Source of the DNA: Aeromicrobium sp.
Lineage (GTDB): Bacteria; Actinomycetota; Actinomycetes; Propionibacteriales; Nocardioidaceae
Assembly (NCBI RefSeq): GCF_023146395.1
Contig: NZ_JAGLCD010000004.1
Location: forward strand, 194,718-258,717
Direction of reading: 5' to 3'
Length of the DNA stretch: 64,000 nucleotides
Part shown: positions 1 through 9,187 of the stretch, one piece after another
Layout of the letters: the number at the start of each line of letters is the position of its first letter
Position numbering within the stretch: the first letter of the stretch is position 1
Translations under genes and position numbers: made by a program
The notes under the pieces: model-generated
Databases searched by the model: none
Told to the model about the DNA's origin: nothing
The model's input: the letters and a program-made list of their open reading frames with translations, nothing else

Positions 1-1490
1 ACCAGGCCGAGAACTCCGGCCCGGGCGACCGCGAGTCGGCGCCGTCGCACACCGACCGCGGGTGGCGTCAGGTCAGCGTCACGGCCCGCGAGTGCCTGGG
101 GGCCACCCGGTGCGGCTTCGCGCTGGAGTGCTTCGCCGAGAAGGCCAAGGCCACGGCCCACGCGGCTCAGCTCGTGGTCACCAACCACTCGCTGCTTGCG
201 ATCGACGCGCAGGGCGACGTCCCCACGCTGCCCGAGCACGACGTCGTCGTGATCGACGAGGCGCACGAGCTCGCGGCGCGTGTGACCCAGGCCGCCACGG
301 TCGAGCTCGAGCCGGTCGCGGTCGAGCGCGCGGCCCGGCGGGCCCGCGGTCACCTCAAGGGCGGCCAGGCCGCCGACGATCTCGCCGATGCGTCCGATGC
401 GTTGGCCGACGTGCTCACGCGCACCGAGCAGGGGCGCATCGACCGCCCCACCGACGAGCTGCTCGACGTGCTGGCTCTCGTGCGCGACTCCGCACGAGCC
501 TGCCTGTCCGATTTTACCTCCGAGAAGGGCGGGGGTGAGCCCGATGCCGCGCGGCAGCAGGCCCGCGGTCTGCTGGACGACGTCCGAGCCGTGGCGGAGC
601 GCATGGCGGCGCACGGCGACGCCGACGTGCTCTGGGCCGCCGAGGCCCGCTCGGGTCCTCGACTCCAGCTGGCCCCGCTCGATGTCGCGAGCATGCTGGC
701 GAACAGCGTCTTCGCCGACCGCACGGTGGTGCTCACCAGCGCCACACTCGCCCTGGGCGGCAGCTTCGACGCAGTCGTCCGGTCGGTGGGGCTGGGCTTC
801 GGCGACCACGAGTGGACGGGCATCGACGTCGGGTCGCCCTTCGACTACGGCAAGCAGGGCATGCTCTACGTCGCCAAGCACCTGCCTCCTCCGGGCCGCG
901 AGGGCCCGAGCACGCAGTTCACCGACGAGCTCGTCGAGCTCGTCGCCGCGGCCGGCGGGCGCACCCTGGGGCTGTTCTCCTCCCGGCGTGGCGCCGAGGC
1001 CGCGGCCGAGAAGGTACGTGAACGCCTTCCCGACCTGGAGGTGCTGGTCCAGGGGGAGGCGCACCTCAGCGAGCTCACCGCCGCGTTTGTGCAGAACGAG
1101 ACGGCCTGTCTGTTCGGCACCCTCGGGCTGTGGCAGGGACTCGACGTCCCCGGGCCCACGTGCCAGCTCGTCGTGATCGACCGGATCCCGTTCCCGCGTC
1201 CGGACGACCCCCTCATGGGGGCGCGGCAGCGACTCGTCGAGCAGCGAGGCGGCAACGGCTTCATGTCGGTCGCGGCCAGCCACGCGGCCCTGCTGCTGGC
1301 CCAGGGGGCGGGGCGGCTGATCCGTCGGGTCGACGACCGCGGCGTCGTCGCGGTGCTCGACTCGCGGCTGGCCACCGCACGCTACGGCGGCTACCTCGCG
1401 TCGTCGTTGCCGCCGATGTGGCGCACGACCGACAAGGCCACGGTCCTGGCCGCGCTCGAGCGCCTCGACGAGCTCGCCACCAAGGCGTGA
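1..1490 (+). CDS. dinG: ATP-dependent DNA helicase, DinG family (5'-truncated by window edge)
   Basis: Frame is open from position 3. It has Fe-S cysteines (ECLGATRCGFALECF), VVTNHSLL, DEAH motif II, LTSATL, GLWQGLDVPG and QGAGRLIR. Confidence 0.93.
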   Translation, partial: QAENSGPGDRESAPSHTDRGWRQVSVTARECLGATRCGFALECFAEKAKATAHAAQLVVTNHSLLAIDAQGDVPTLPEHDVVVIDEAHELAARVTQAATVELEPVAVERAARRARGHLKGGQAADDLADASDALADVLTRTEQGRIDRPTDELLDVLALVRDSARACLSDFTSEKGGGEPDAARQQARGLLDDVRAVAERMAAHGDADVLWAAEARSGPRLQLAPLDVASMLANSVFADRTVVLTSATLALGGSFDAVVRSVGLGFGDHEWTGIDVGSPFDYGKQGMLYVAKHLPPPGREGPSTQFTDELVELVAAAGGRTLGLFSSRRGAEAAAEKVRERLPDLEVLVQGEAHLSELTAAFVQNETACLFGTLGLWQGLDVPGPTCQLVVIDRIPFPRPDDPLMGARQRLVEQRGGNGFMSVAASHAALLLAQGAGRLIRRVDDRGVVAVLDSRLATARYGGYLASSLPPMWRTTDKATVLAALERLDELATKA

Positions 1491-1527
1491 GCCGGTCGCA
1501 CGGGCCGACCTCCTAGACTCGCCCCCT

Positions 1528-2487
1528 ATGAGCATCGTGGTCACCGGCGGCGCCGGCTACATCGGATCGCACGTGGTGCGGGCCTTCGGGCTCGCGGGCC
1601 TGGACTGCGTCGTGGTCGACGATCTCTCGAGCGGACACCGGGAGTTCGTCCCGGACACCGTGCCGTTCGTCGAGGCCTCGCTGCTCGACACCGCGGCCCT
1701 CGAGGCCATGATGGCCGACCACGACGTGCAGGCCGTCGTGCATCTCGCCGGGTACAAGTACGCCGGTGTCTCGGTCGAGCGCCCGCTGCACACCTACGAG
1801 CAGAACGTGCAGGGCACCGTGAGCCTGCTGCAGGCGATGGAGCGCAGCGGCGTCGACGCCATCGTCTTCTCCTCCAGCGCTGCGACGTACGGCACACCCG
1901 ACGTCGACCTGGTCACCGAGGACACGCCGACCTCGCCGGAGTCCCCGTACGGCGAAAGCAAGCTCATCGGGGAGTGGCTGCTCCGCGACTCCGAGCGGGC
2001 GTGGGGCACCCGCCACACGTCGCTGCGGTACTTCAACGTCGTGGGCTCGGCCGTGCCGGAGCTCTACGACTCCAGCCCGCACAACCTGTTCCCGCTCGTG
2101 ATCAGCGCTCTGCGGGAGGGCCGAACGCCGCGCATCAACGGCGACGACTATCCCACGGCCGACGGCACGTGCGAGCGCGACTACGTGCACGTCGCCGACC
2201 TGGCGGACGCGCACGTCGTCGCCGCACGGGCGCTGCTGGAGGGGCGTGACCTCGAGCGGGTCTACAACCTCGGATGCGGCGACGGGGTGTCGGTGCGCCA
2301 GATCATGGACGCTGCGGCCGAGGTCTCCGGCATCGACTTCACGCCCGAGATCGGCGAGCGCCGTCCCGGCGACCCCGCGCGGATCGTGGCGTCCGGCGCG
2401 CTCGCGGAGCGGGACCTGGACTGGAAGGTGCGGTACTCGGTGGCCGACATGTTCCGCAGTGCGTGGAACGCCGGTCCGCAGGCCTGA
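1528..2487 (+). CDS. galE: UDP-glucose 4-epimerase
   Basis: TGGAGYIGSH, FSSSAATYG, YGESK, LRYFNV and RDYVHVADLA motifs; TAGACT -10 just upstream of the ATG. Confidence 0.92.
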   Translation: MSIVVTGGAGYIGSHVVRAFGLAGLDCVVVDDLSSGHREFVPDTVPFVEASLLDTAALEAMMADHDVQAVVHLAGYKYAGVSVERPLHTYEQNVQGTVSLLQAMERSGVDAIVFSSSAATYGTPDVDLVTEDTPTSPESPYGESKLIGEWLLRDSERAWGTRHTSLRYFNVVGSAVPELYDSSPHNLFPLVISALREGRTPRINGDDYPTADGTCERDYVHVADLADAHVVAARALLEGRDLERVYNLGCGDGVSVRQIMDAAAEVSGIDFTPEIGERRPGDPARIVASGALAERDLDWKVRYSVADMFRSAWNAGPQA

Positions 2488-2534
2488 CGACCCGTAGCGG
2501 GACCACCTCGACGGTGGAGGCGGCTTCTCCCGAG

Positions 2535-3266
2535 TTACACCCGGCGCAGGACCGCGGTGACCTTGCCGAGGATCGTGGCGTGCGTGCCGTCGATGGGGGA
2601 GTACTCCGGGTTGGCCGGCAGCAGCCAGACCTCGCCGTTCTTGCGCTGGAAGGTCTTGACCGTGGCCTCGCCGTCGAGCATCGCGGCGACGATCTCTCCA
2701 TTCTCGGCCACCGACTGCTGGCGGATCACGACGTAGTCGCCGTTGCAGATGGCGGCGTCGATCATGGAGTCGCCGCTGACCTCGAGCAGGAAGAGCGTGC
2801 CGTCGCCCACGAGTGACTTGGGCAGCGGGAAGACCTCTTCGACGCGCTCCTCGGCCAGAATGGGGCCACCGGCCGCGATCCGGCCCACCATCGGCACGTA
2901 GGTGGCGTCGGGAAGGGTCTCGCGCATGTCGGTCTCGTCGACGACGGTCTCGTCGGCCGAGGAGACTGCGGGCCGCGCGCCGAGGCCGTCGGGCAGGAAG
3001 ATCTCCATCGCGCGCGGGCGGAACGGATCGCGCCGGATGTAGCCCATCTTCTCGAGCTGCTTGAGCTGGTGCGAGACGGAGGAGGTGCTGTGCAGGCCGA
3101 CGGCGGCGCCGACCTCGCGCATGCTGGGCGGGTATCCACGCTGGGCGACCTCGTCGCGCAGGAACTCCAGGACGCGGCGCTGGCGTGCGGTCAGCCCATC
3201 GGCATCGGGTGGGCCATCAGGAAGCTCGCTGACGTTGGAACGGTCGGCCGGGTCCTCGGTGGTCAT
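2535..3266 (-). CDS. lexA: SOS transcriptional repressor LexA
   Basis: [10 protein letters not shown] winged HTH, GRIAAG cleavage site, GDSM catalytic Ser, EATVK catalytic Lys. Confidence 0.97.
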   Translation of the reverse strand: MTTEDPADRSNVSELPDGPPDADGLTARQRRVLEFLRDEVAQRGYPPSMREVGAAVGLHSTSSVSHQLKQLEKMGYIRRDPFRPRAMEIFLPDGLGARPAVSSADETVVDETDMRETLPDATYVPMVGRIAAGGPILAEERVEEVFPLPKSLVGDGTLFLLEVSGDSMIDAAICNGDYVVIRQQSVAENGEIVAAMLDGEATVKTFQRKNGEVWLLPANPEYSPIDGTHATILGKVTAVLRRV

Positions 3267-3276
3267 GCGACAACGC

Positions 3277-3313
3277 TAGGACAGATGTTCGACGAGATCA
3301 AACATCTGTTCGA
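3277..3313. promoter_or_regulatory. Two SOS boxes upstream of lexA
   Basis: TAGGAC-AGAT-GTTCGA (3277-3292) and TCAAAC-ATCT-GTTCGA (3298-3313) against actinobacterial consensus TCGAAC-N4-GTTCGA. The first overlaps the lexA -10 (TAGCGT, minus strand, 3273-3278). Confidence 0.85.
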
Positions 3314-4197
3314 CTGGGCGTGTCGGTGTCGACCGCACGGTCGTCGACGTCGACGTCGTCGGTGTTCTCCGGGTCGGCCGGGCGCTCACCCTCGTCGACC
3401 GCCTCGTAGGCGGCGCCGATCAGCAGGGCGAAGAAGCCGACCCACAGCCACAGGAGCAGCACGACCACGCCGGCCAGCGCGCCGTACGTCTTGCCGTAGC
3501 TGCCGAAGTTGTCGACGTACAGCGAGAACCCGACCGACGCCACGAGCCACGCGACAGCGGCGCCGGTGACGCCGGGGGACCAGAGCTCGGGACGCTCCTG
3601 GCCCGAGTCGGCGTCCGGCGCGGTGCGGATGACCAGGCCGAAGCCGAGCACGATCGCCCCCGCCAGCACCAGGAAGCGGACGAGGTCGAGCACGATCCGC
3701 AGGCCGGGCACGTCGATCAGGGCATCTAGCACCGGCGGAGCGACCGCCACCAGGGTGATCGTGACGGCGAGGAAGGCCACGGCGCCGGCTGTGAGCCCGA
3801 GGGCGAACAGCTTCTGCTTGACGAAGCTCCGGGTCTGGCGGTTCCCGAGCATCGCGTTGATCGCGGTGACCAGGTTCGACATGCCGCCGCTGGCGCTCTG
3901 CAGAGCCAGCAGCACCGCGATGACGAACCCGATGCTGAGCGAGCTGGAGGAGGTGGTGGCGAGCGACTCGAGCTGTCCGGTGACGACCGAGGCGGCATCG
4001 GCGGGCAGGGCGTCGGCGATGCTCGCCGACTGCCGGGCCACCGTGTCGGGATTCGCCACGAGTCCGTACACCAGCAGGCTCGCGATCGTGGCGGGAAAAA
4101 GCGCGAGGAACACGTAGAAGGCAACGCCCGCCGCCAGGAGCGACGCATTGCGCTCGGAGGCGAGCTTCCAGGCGGTCTTCAGGTGGTCGATGGGCAT
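3298..4197 (-). CDS. YihY/virulence factor BrkB family membrane protein
   Basis: AAGVAFYVFLALFP and YGKTYGALAGVVVLLLWLW motifs, multiple TM helices. Start set at MPIDHL, with TAGGCT -10 7 nt upstream. Confidence 0.88.
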   Translation of the reverse strand: MPIDHLKTAWKLASERNASLLAAGVAFYVFLALFPATIASLLVYGLVANPDTVARQSASIADALPADAASVVTGQLESLATTSSSSLSIGFVIAVLLALQSASGGMSNLVTAINAMLGNRQTRSFVKQKLFALGLTAGAVAFLAVTITLVAVAPPVLDALIDVPGLRIVLDLVRFLVLAGAIVLGFGLVIRTAPDADSGQERPELWSPGVTGAAVAWLVASVGFSLYVDNFGSYGKTYGALAGVVVLLLWLWVGFFALLIGAAYEAVDEGERPADPENTDDVDVDDRAVDTDTPSRTDV

Positions 4198-4308
4198 GAC
4201 TTCGAGCCTAGGCGGAGCCCGGGGGCCGCGCGCGCCGGGAGCTCGTGGCCCGTGCTCCAGATCACATCGGTTGCATCGATGCAGGTCAGGCGCGGTTTTC
4301 GCAAGTAT

Positions 4309-4393
4309 TCGCAAATTTGTTCGAGTGGGGTCTTCACTTTTGTCCGTGCCGGCCCGTATGGTCGTTCATGTGTTCGATCGAACGTCCGTTCGC
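4309..4393 (+). promoter_or_regulatory. Three SOS boxes plus a PafBC/RecA-NDp-type promoter upstream of the LysM gene
   Basis: TCGCAA-ATTT-GTTCGA 4309-4324; TCGTTC-ATGT-GTTCGA 4362-4377; TCGAAC-GTCC-GTTCGC 4378-4393; TGTCCGTG-N8-TATGGT 4341-4362. Confidence 0.8.
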
Positions 4394-4488
4394 ACTGATC
4401 CCGATCGAATGACATCCCTCGGCTGAGGCGCCGGGCGGACGTTCGAGAGAACACGCCAACCTCCACTCTTCCCCGTTCGGAGACCACC

Positions 4489-4923
4489 ATGAGCATCACC
4501 CACGACGAGCTTCCGCTGTTCGACCTTCCGGCGCAGGAGCGTCCGATCGTTGCCCGGCCGCGTCATCTGGTCGCGGTGGCCGACGAGGTGATCGCGCCTT
4601 CGCGAGAGGTCCCTGCCGGACCGGTGCGGCTCACCCGGCGCGGCCGGGTCGTGCTGGTCGTCGCGGCGCTGGCCATCATCACGGCGCTCATGGTCGTCTT
4701 CGGCTCCGGAACGGCCGCCACGAGCGATGCCGGGGTCGTCACGGGCACCACGAGCATCACGGTCCAGCCGGGCGAGACCTTGTGGTCCATCGCCGGTGAG
4801 GCCAACCCGGGCGGCGACATCCGCGACACGATGGCCGACATCGTGCGGCTCAACTCCTTGGTCGACGGCGAGACGCTGCAGATGGGCACCAAGCTGTCCG
4901 TGCCGGTCTACGCGACCGACTGA
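4489..4923 (+). CDS. LysM-domain membrane protein, SOS cell-division inhibitor-like (ChiZ/DivS/YneA type)
   Basis: VRLTRRGR followed by a TM helix and C-terminal LysM (VQPGETLWSIA...IVRLN...LQMGTKLSVP). SOS boxes upstream; lexA-nrdR neighbourhood. Confidence 0.85.
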   Translation: MSITHDELPLFDLPAQERPIVARPRHLVAVADEVIAPSREVPAGPVRLTRRGRVVLVVAALAIITALMVVFGSGTAATSDAGVVTGTTSITVQPGETLWSIAGEANPGGDIRDTMADIVRLNSLVDGETLQMGTKLSVPVYATD

Positions 4924-5006
4924 CGCCATCACCGACCTGGTCGGCGGGCCTTGGGTTGAGACTGATGCCCGCCGACCGGCCCTGTCCGGGCCTCGCCCGG
5001 ACGTGT

Positions 5007-5049
5007 CATCGGGCAGTCACGCGCTGGGGAAGGCCGTGACTGCCCGATG
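5007..5049. terminator. 15-bp stem-loop between convergent genes
   Basis: CATCGGGCAGTCACG-N13-CGTGACTGCCCGATG. Confidence 0.55.
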
Positions 5050-5066
5050 TCGTGTCGGGGTGCTTC

Positions 5067-5762
5067 TCACGGAGCCACCACGACGGGAGCCGCCTCGGCC
5101 ACGTCGAGACCGGTGGGAGGCCCGGAGGCGGTGATCAGCTGATCGATCTCCTGCGAGCTGCCTCCGTTGACCCGGTAGGAGACGCGGTAGCCGACGTCGA
5201 CCCGGGCTGTCAGGCCGGTGGCGACCTGGGTGTAGCGGTGGGTCACCTCCGTCGAGGGATACGGCGCCCCGGGGCTGGAGGTCGTCTGGGTGGTCCCATC
5301 GCCGTGGTGCCAGGTGAACCGCTGCGGTGTCGCGACGATCTCGACGGCCTGCCCGAGCAGGATCGTGGAGTGGCGGAACTCCGGGGCCTCGGTGTGGAAG
5401 ATCGTGGCGACGTTCACGAGCGTCTCCCCACCAGGCTGGATCCTCAGCGCGAGCGCCGGTAGCCCGACCGACTCGACCGCGCTGCGAATCTCCGCGTCCA
5501 GGCTCGGGTCGCCCGGCATGAGGACCTCGACCGATCTGCCCGGGCAGGTGCGCAGCTGTCCGGTCACCACGCAGGTCGTTGGCTCCTGCGGTGCCGCCAC
5601 CTGATCCCCGTCAGGAGAAGGCATGCGCGGGGTGATCTCCTCTTGGTGTTCGAGCACGAGGCCAGGAGAATCCGGGTCGGGTGTCACGCCAACAGCGCGA
5701 GCGCTCGTTGCGGCAGAGGCGCAGAGAGCCAAGGAGGTGAAGGCAGCCAGAGCGCTTCTCAT
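5067..5762 (-). CDS. Secreted hypothetical protein with PKD-like C-terminal domain
   Basis: Signal peptide; FTWHHGDG...PGAPYP...VTHRY motif. Its ATG overlaps the upstream stop codon (ATGA). Confidence 0.65.
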   Translation of the reverse strand: MRSALAAFTSLALCASAATSARAVGVTPDPDSPGLVLEHQEEITPRMPSPDGDQVAAPQEPTTCVVTGQLRTCPGRSVEVLMPGDPSLDAEIRSAVESVGLPALALRIQPGGETLVNVATIFHTEAPEFRHSTILLGQAVEIVATPQRFTWHHGDGTTQTTSSPGAPYPSTEVTHRYTQVATGLTARVDVGYRVSYRVNGGSSQEIDQLITASGPPTGLDVAEAAPVVVAP

Positions 5763-6301
5763 GTTTGGTCCCCGGCAGCGAACCCAAGCATCGTCCATTT
5801 GCCCCCGGCATACGAGGCGACGAACGTTACGACTTCAGACTGTTGGTCAAAATCGCGTGGTTCTGAGTCCGAATTCTCCTTGACGGTACCGGCGCCAGTC
5901 TTTAGTTCGGTCACGAGAGCGATATCAACACCGAACTGGCTCACCTGAACTTCTCCGGCGGTCCACGCGCCGCCCGTTCGCCAGCCGCCGGCCTTGTGAC
6001 GCTCTTCAAAGAGGTCCGCGTAGGTGGCGCAACCTTGGCAACTTGGATCGCTAGCTTCTCGCAACGGCAGCGTGTCGCCAGTATGTGACGAATATGTGAG
6101 CACGTCGGCGTAGTGGTCGACGAAGCTGGCGGCCCCTTCGGCTGTCTCCTGCGTCGCGGCCTCCGGCAGGGGCGGGGGAGTCGCGGAGGGTTTTGGGGTC
6201 TCTGACCCGGACGGGTCCGGTTCCCGAGGCTTCGGGTCCCCGGAGCAGCCAGCGAGCAGCACGGCCGCCAGGGCCAGGCTCGACCACCACGTCCTACGCA
6301 T
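5759..6301 (-). CDS. Lipoprotein, DUF6318-like
   Basis: Lipobox LLAGC, Pro-rich linker, PPPLPEAATQETAEGAASFVDHY, CxxC (CQGC). Confidence 0.7.
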   Translation of the reverse strand: MRRTWWSSLALAAVLLAGCSGDPKPREPDPSGSETPKPSATPPPLPEAATQETAEGAASFVDHYADVLTYSSHTGDTLPLREASDPSCQGCATYADLFEERHKAGGWRTGGAWTAGEVQVSQFGVDIALVTELKTGAGTVKENSDSEPRDFDQQSEVVTFVASYAGGKWTMLGFAAGDQT

Positions 6302-6397
6302 GAGATCCCCCGATCGTCATCGAGGTCCGAAGGTAACGACCCCGTGCCGCACTTGTCAGCCACCCGTCGACCCGGCGTGCGGGCAGCTCGGCCGATG

Positions 6398-6637
6398 TCA
6401 CGGGGCCGTCACGGGGCCGTCGGGTCCGGCTCCGAGCCCGCAGATCAGCGTGACGCCGCACTCCCCGGTGGGCGGCGTGTACCGGTCAGGTCCGCGGTCG
6501 GTGCTGGCCGTCGGTGTGCTGGAGGCCGTCGGCACGCTCGTGCCGAGACCATCGCCGTGTGTGCTCTCGCCCTGCGTGCCGCACGCGGCGACTCCCAGCA
6601 GCGCGGCACTCGCCACGGCCCATCGCATCCTGTTCAT
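6398..6637 (-). CDS. Small putative lipoprotein (79 aa)
   Basis: GGGGGA RBS, lipobox VAAC, Ser/Thr/Pro-rich linker, C-terminal CGVTLIC. Confidence 0.5.
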   Translation of the reverse strand: MNRMRWAVASAALLGVAACGTQGESTHGDGLGTSVPTASSTPTASTDRGPDRYTPPTGECGVTLICGLGAGPDGPVTAP

Positions 6638-6760
6638 GACATCCCCCGATGTGTCGTCGCTCGTTGGCGATGAACCTAGGCAAGGACACGCTAGGTGTCA
6701 GCCGCGCTGGCGCCGGCCTGTGGACAACTCGGGCTGGGGCGGCAGGGGAGAATGGTCGGC

Positions 6761-7474
6761 ATGCGTGTCGTGGTGATCGCCGACGAGACCGACCGCGAGG
6801 GTGGCTACGTGACCGAGCGGCTCCGTCAGCTCGGAGCCGCCGTCGAGTTCGTCGACCGCGGCGCACTTCCCGATCGGGGCGAGGTCGCCGGCGAGGGTCC
6901 CCGCGTCGACCTGCTGCTCCTGCTGGGGTCGCACCGGTCGGCGCACGACCCCCGGTACGTGCGCGACGTGATGGCCGAGTCCGACTGGGTGCGCGGCTCG
7001 CTGGCCGCCGGCACGCCCGTCATGGGGATCTGCTTCGGCGCGCAGCTCATGGCGCGGGCCCTGGGTGGTCACTCGTACCGCATGGCCGAGCCCGAGGTCG
7101 GGTGGGTGCGAGTCGACTCGGTCGACCACGTGCTGTGTCCCATCGGCCCGTGGGGCCAGTTCCACCACGACACGTTCGTGCCGCCGCAGAACGCCGAGGT
7201 GCTCGGCTCCACGTGGCACGGACCGCAGTGCTTCATCGAGGAGACGCACGGGGCGCGGGCCATCGCCTGGCAGTTCCACCCTGAGGTGGTGCCGGAGGTC
7301 TACGCGCAGTGGGTCGCCGAGGCGAAGACGACGGTGCGCGCCGCGGAGGCCGATGCTGACGAGCTCGTGCGTGAGGCTCGTCGTCTGGCTCCGCAGGCGC
7401 GCACCCGGGCGTTCGCCCTGGTCGACGCCGCCCTCGACTATCTCGGTGTCGAGGGCGGCACGAACCTCAGCTGA
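6761..7474 (+). CDS. Class I glutamine amidotransferase-like protein
   Basis: MGICFGAQLMARALGG nucleophile elbow and QFHPE catalytic His-Glu. Confidence 0.85.
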   Translation: MRVVVIADETDREGGYVTERLRQLGAAVEFVDRGALPDRGEVAGEGPRVDLLLLLGSHRSAHDPRYVRDVMAESDWVRGSLAAGTPVMGICFGAQLMARALGGHSYRMAEPEVGWVRVDSVDHVLCPIGPWGQFHHDTFVPPQNAEVLGSTWHGPQCFIEETHGARAIAWQFHPEVVPEVYAQWVAEAKTTVRAAEADADELVREARRLAPQARTRAFALVDAALDYLGVEGGTNLS

Positions 7475-8030
7475 CGGTGTCGGCAGCGCTGGCCTGGTCG
7501 GCGGCGCCCTGCTCCGACCCGGCGCCGGCGCTGCTGAGCTCGCCGCCGGTGTTCTCCAGGTGGGCGCGGACGAACCAGTGGAACAGCTCCAGGGCGCGCA
7601 GCTGGGCGATCAGCATGTCCTCGGTGACCGCGTCGAGGTCGGCGACGGCCTCCTGCGCCTTGCGGTGGTCGGCGATGACGCCCTGGTAGACCAGATCGAG
7701 CGCGCCGAGGTGCTCGTTGGTCGTGGCGCGGCCGAGGGAGTAGTCCTCCCACGTGCGGGTCTTGACCAGATCGCCCGTGAGGCCGTTGGGCGAGGCGCCC
7801 AGCGTGGCGATGCGCTCGGCGGTCTCGTCGACCGCGTCGCGTACCTCGATCACGTGCGGATCGATCATCTCGTGCACCGCGATGAAGTGCGGGCCGACGA
7901 CGTTCCAGTGGACGTGCTTCAAGGTCAGGGCCAGGTCGTTGAGGGCGTGGAGGCGCTCTTGCAGGATGCCTGCGAGCTTCTCGCCCTCGGCGTCGGTGAG
8001 TCCGGGAATCGTGAACTTGGGGGTGCTCAT
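7467..8030 (-). CDS. dps: DNA starvation/stationary-phase protection protein Dps
   Basis: LKHVHWNVVGPHFIAVHEMID and DETAERIATLG ferroxidase signatures. Confidence 0.95.
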   Translation of the reverse strand: MSTPKFTIPGLTDAEGEKLAGILQERLHALNDLALTLKHVHWNVVGPHFIAVHEMIDPHVIEVRDAVDETAERIATLGASPNGLTGDLVKTRTWEDYSLGRATTNEHLGALDLVYQGVIADHRKAQEAVADLDAVTEDMLIAQLRALELFHWFVRAHLENTGGELSSAGAGSEQGAADQASAADTVS

Positions 8031-8112
8031 GTCTTCGACGGTACGCCGCAAATCATGCCTCGCAACCGGAGCGCGGATCGCCCTGAAATGCCGGGATTGC
8101 AGGAAGTTCAGG

Positions 8113-8526
8113 TCAGCCCAGGCTTGCCTGATTGACGAGCCAGGCGATGCCGAACCGGTCGTTGAACAGGCCGAACACGTCGCCCCACGGAGCCGGCTCG
8201 AAGGGGACGACGATCTCGGCTCCCTCGGTGAGCTTGTCCCAGATCGGCCGCAGGTCCGTGTCGTCGCTGCTCAGCGAGACGTTGACGTGGGTGCCGTGCT
8301 GCGGGCTGTCGCCGCCGGGCGGCGTGTCCGAGGCCATCAGCACGAGACCGTGGGGCGTCGTGACCTGGCCGTGCATCACGAGATCGGCCTGAGCCGGGTC
8401 GTCGGACATGCCGGACTCGCCGAAGGTCATGATGCTCAGCTCGCCGCCGAGCGCCGCGCAGTAGAACTCCAGGGCCTCTCGGGCCTCGGTGGAGAAGTTC
8501 AGGTACGGGTTGAGTGAGGTCGCCAT
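8113..8526 (-). CDS. VOC family (PhnB-like) protein
   Basis: LNPYLNF..AREALEFY, VMHGQV, LMASD, PWGDVFGLFNDRFGIAW. Confidence 0.88.
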   Translation of the reverse strand: MATSLNPYLNFSTEAREALEFYCAALGGELSIMTFGESGMSDDPAQADLVMHGQVTTPHGLVLMASDTPPGGDSPQHGTHVNVSLSSDDTDLRPIWDKLTEGAEIVVPFEPAPWGDVFGLFNDRFGIAWLVNQASLG

Positions 8527-8566
8527 GGCGACAGCCTCCACCCGCGTCCGGGTGCGCCACAAGGGG

Positions 8567-8941
8567 TCATGACCGGCTGCGGCGGATCCGGATGGGTCCG
8601 GCCGCCGTCGACGGGTCGACGACGTGCCCGTGCTGGGTGATCTCGACCTCCCCGGCTGCGACCAACCGCCGGGCGGCGCGGCGCGCGGGCTCCATGAGGT
8701 CGCGCCAGTCGTCAGGCTGTCCGACGGCACGTGCGGCGTCGGACGGACAGATGCTGGAGGTCGGCGAACGTTGGGCCAGGAGCTCCAGGATCGTGCTCTC
8801 GAGCTGGGCGTCGACCGTGGTGACGCCGCGGCGACGACAGGCCGCACTGCAGAATCGCACGGAGTCCCAGTCGCGTTCCCACTTCTTGCGGCACTGGATC
8901 GTGCGTCCGCAGGAGGCGCAGGTCTTGGCAGGGGGAGCCAT
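8567..8941 (-). CDS. DUF2256 + DUF3253 domain protein
   Basis: KTCASCGR..RKKWERDWDSVRFCSAACR zinc finger followed by SICPSDAARA...ITQHGHVVDP...GPIRIR. Confidence 0.75.
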   Translation of the reverse strand: MAPPAKTCASCGRTIQCRKKWERDWDSVRFCSAACRRRGVTTVDAQLESTILELLAQRSPTSSICPSDAARAVGQPDDWRDLMEPARRAARRLVAAGEVEITQHGHVVDPSTAAGPIRIRRSRS

Positions 8942-9140
8942 CGCTCCAGTCTGCCCAGGGGAGCGGGCGAGGGCTCGTCGGTCTGGTCCGATCGGGCCAG
9001 TCCGACTGGCCGCGACGTGGTGCTCGTGTGACGGGTGGGACCTCGGCAACGCCATGACCTGCACAAATGTCCGCACGCCGAAAATAGTCAGTGCCGCGCG
9101 CGAGGATGCTTGCGCGACCTGCCCCGACCACGTACGGTAG

Positions 9141-9187
9141 CCACTACATCTGGGACTTACACGTGTGTAGTTCTCCACATCTAGGTG
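9141..9187 (+). promoter_or_regulatory. Tandem NrdR boxes
   Basis: CCACTACATCTGGGAC (9141-9156) and TCTCCACATCTAGGTG (9172-9187), 31 bp apart, upstream of nrdR-nrdJ. Confidence 0.75.

Noticed and set aside
4252-4283. GTG-N8-CAC Crp-like site and TGCATCGATGCA palindrome upstream of yihY
   Set aside because: Short, degenerate and expected by chance; no supporting context.
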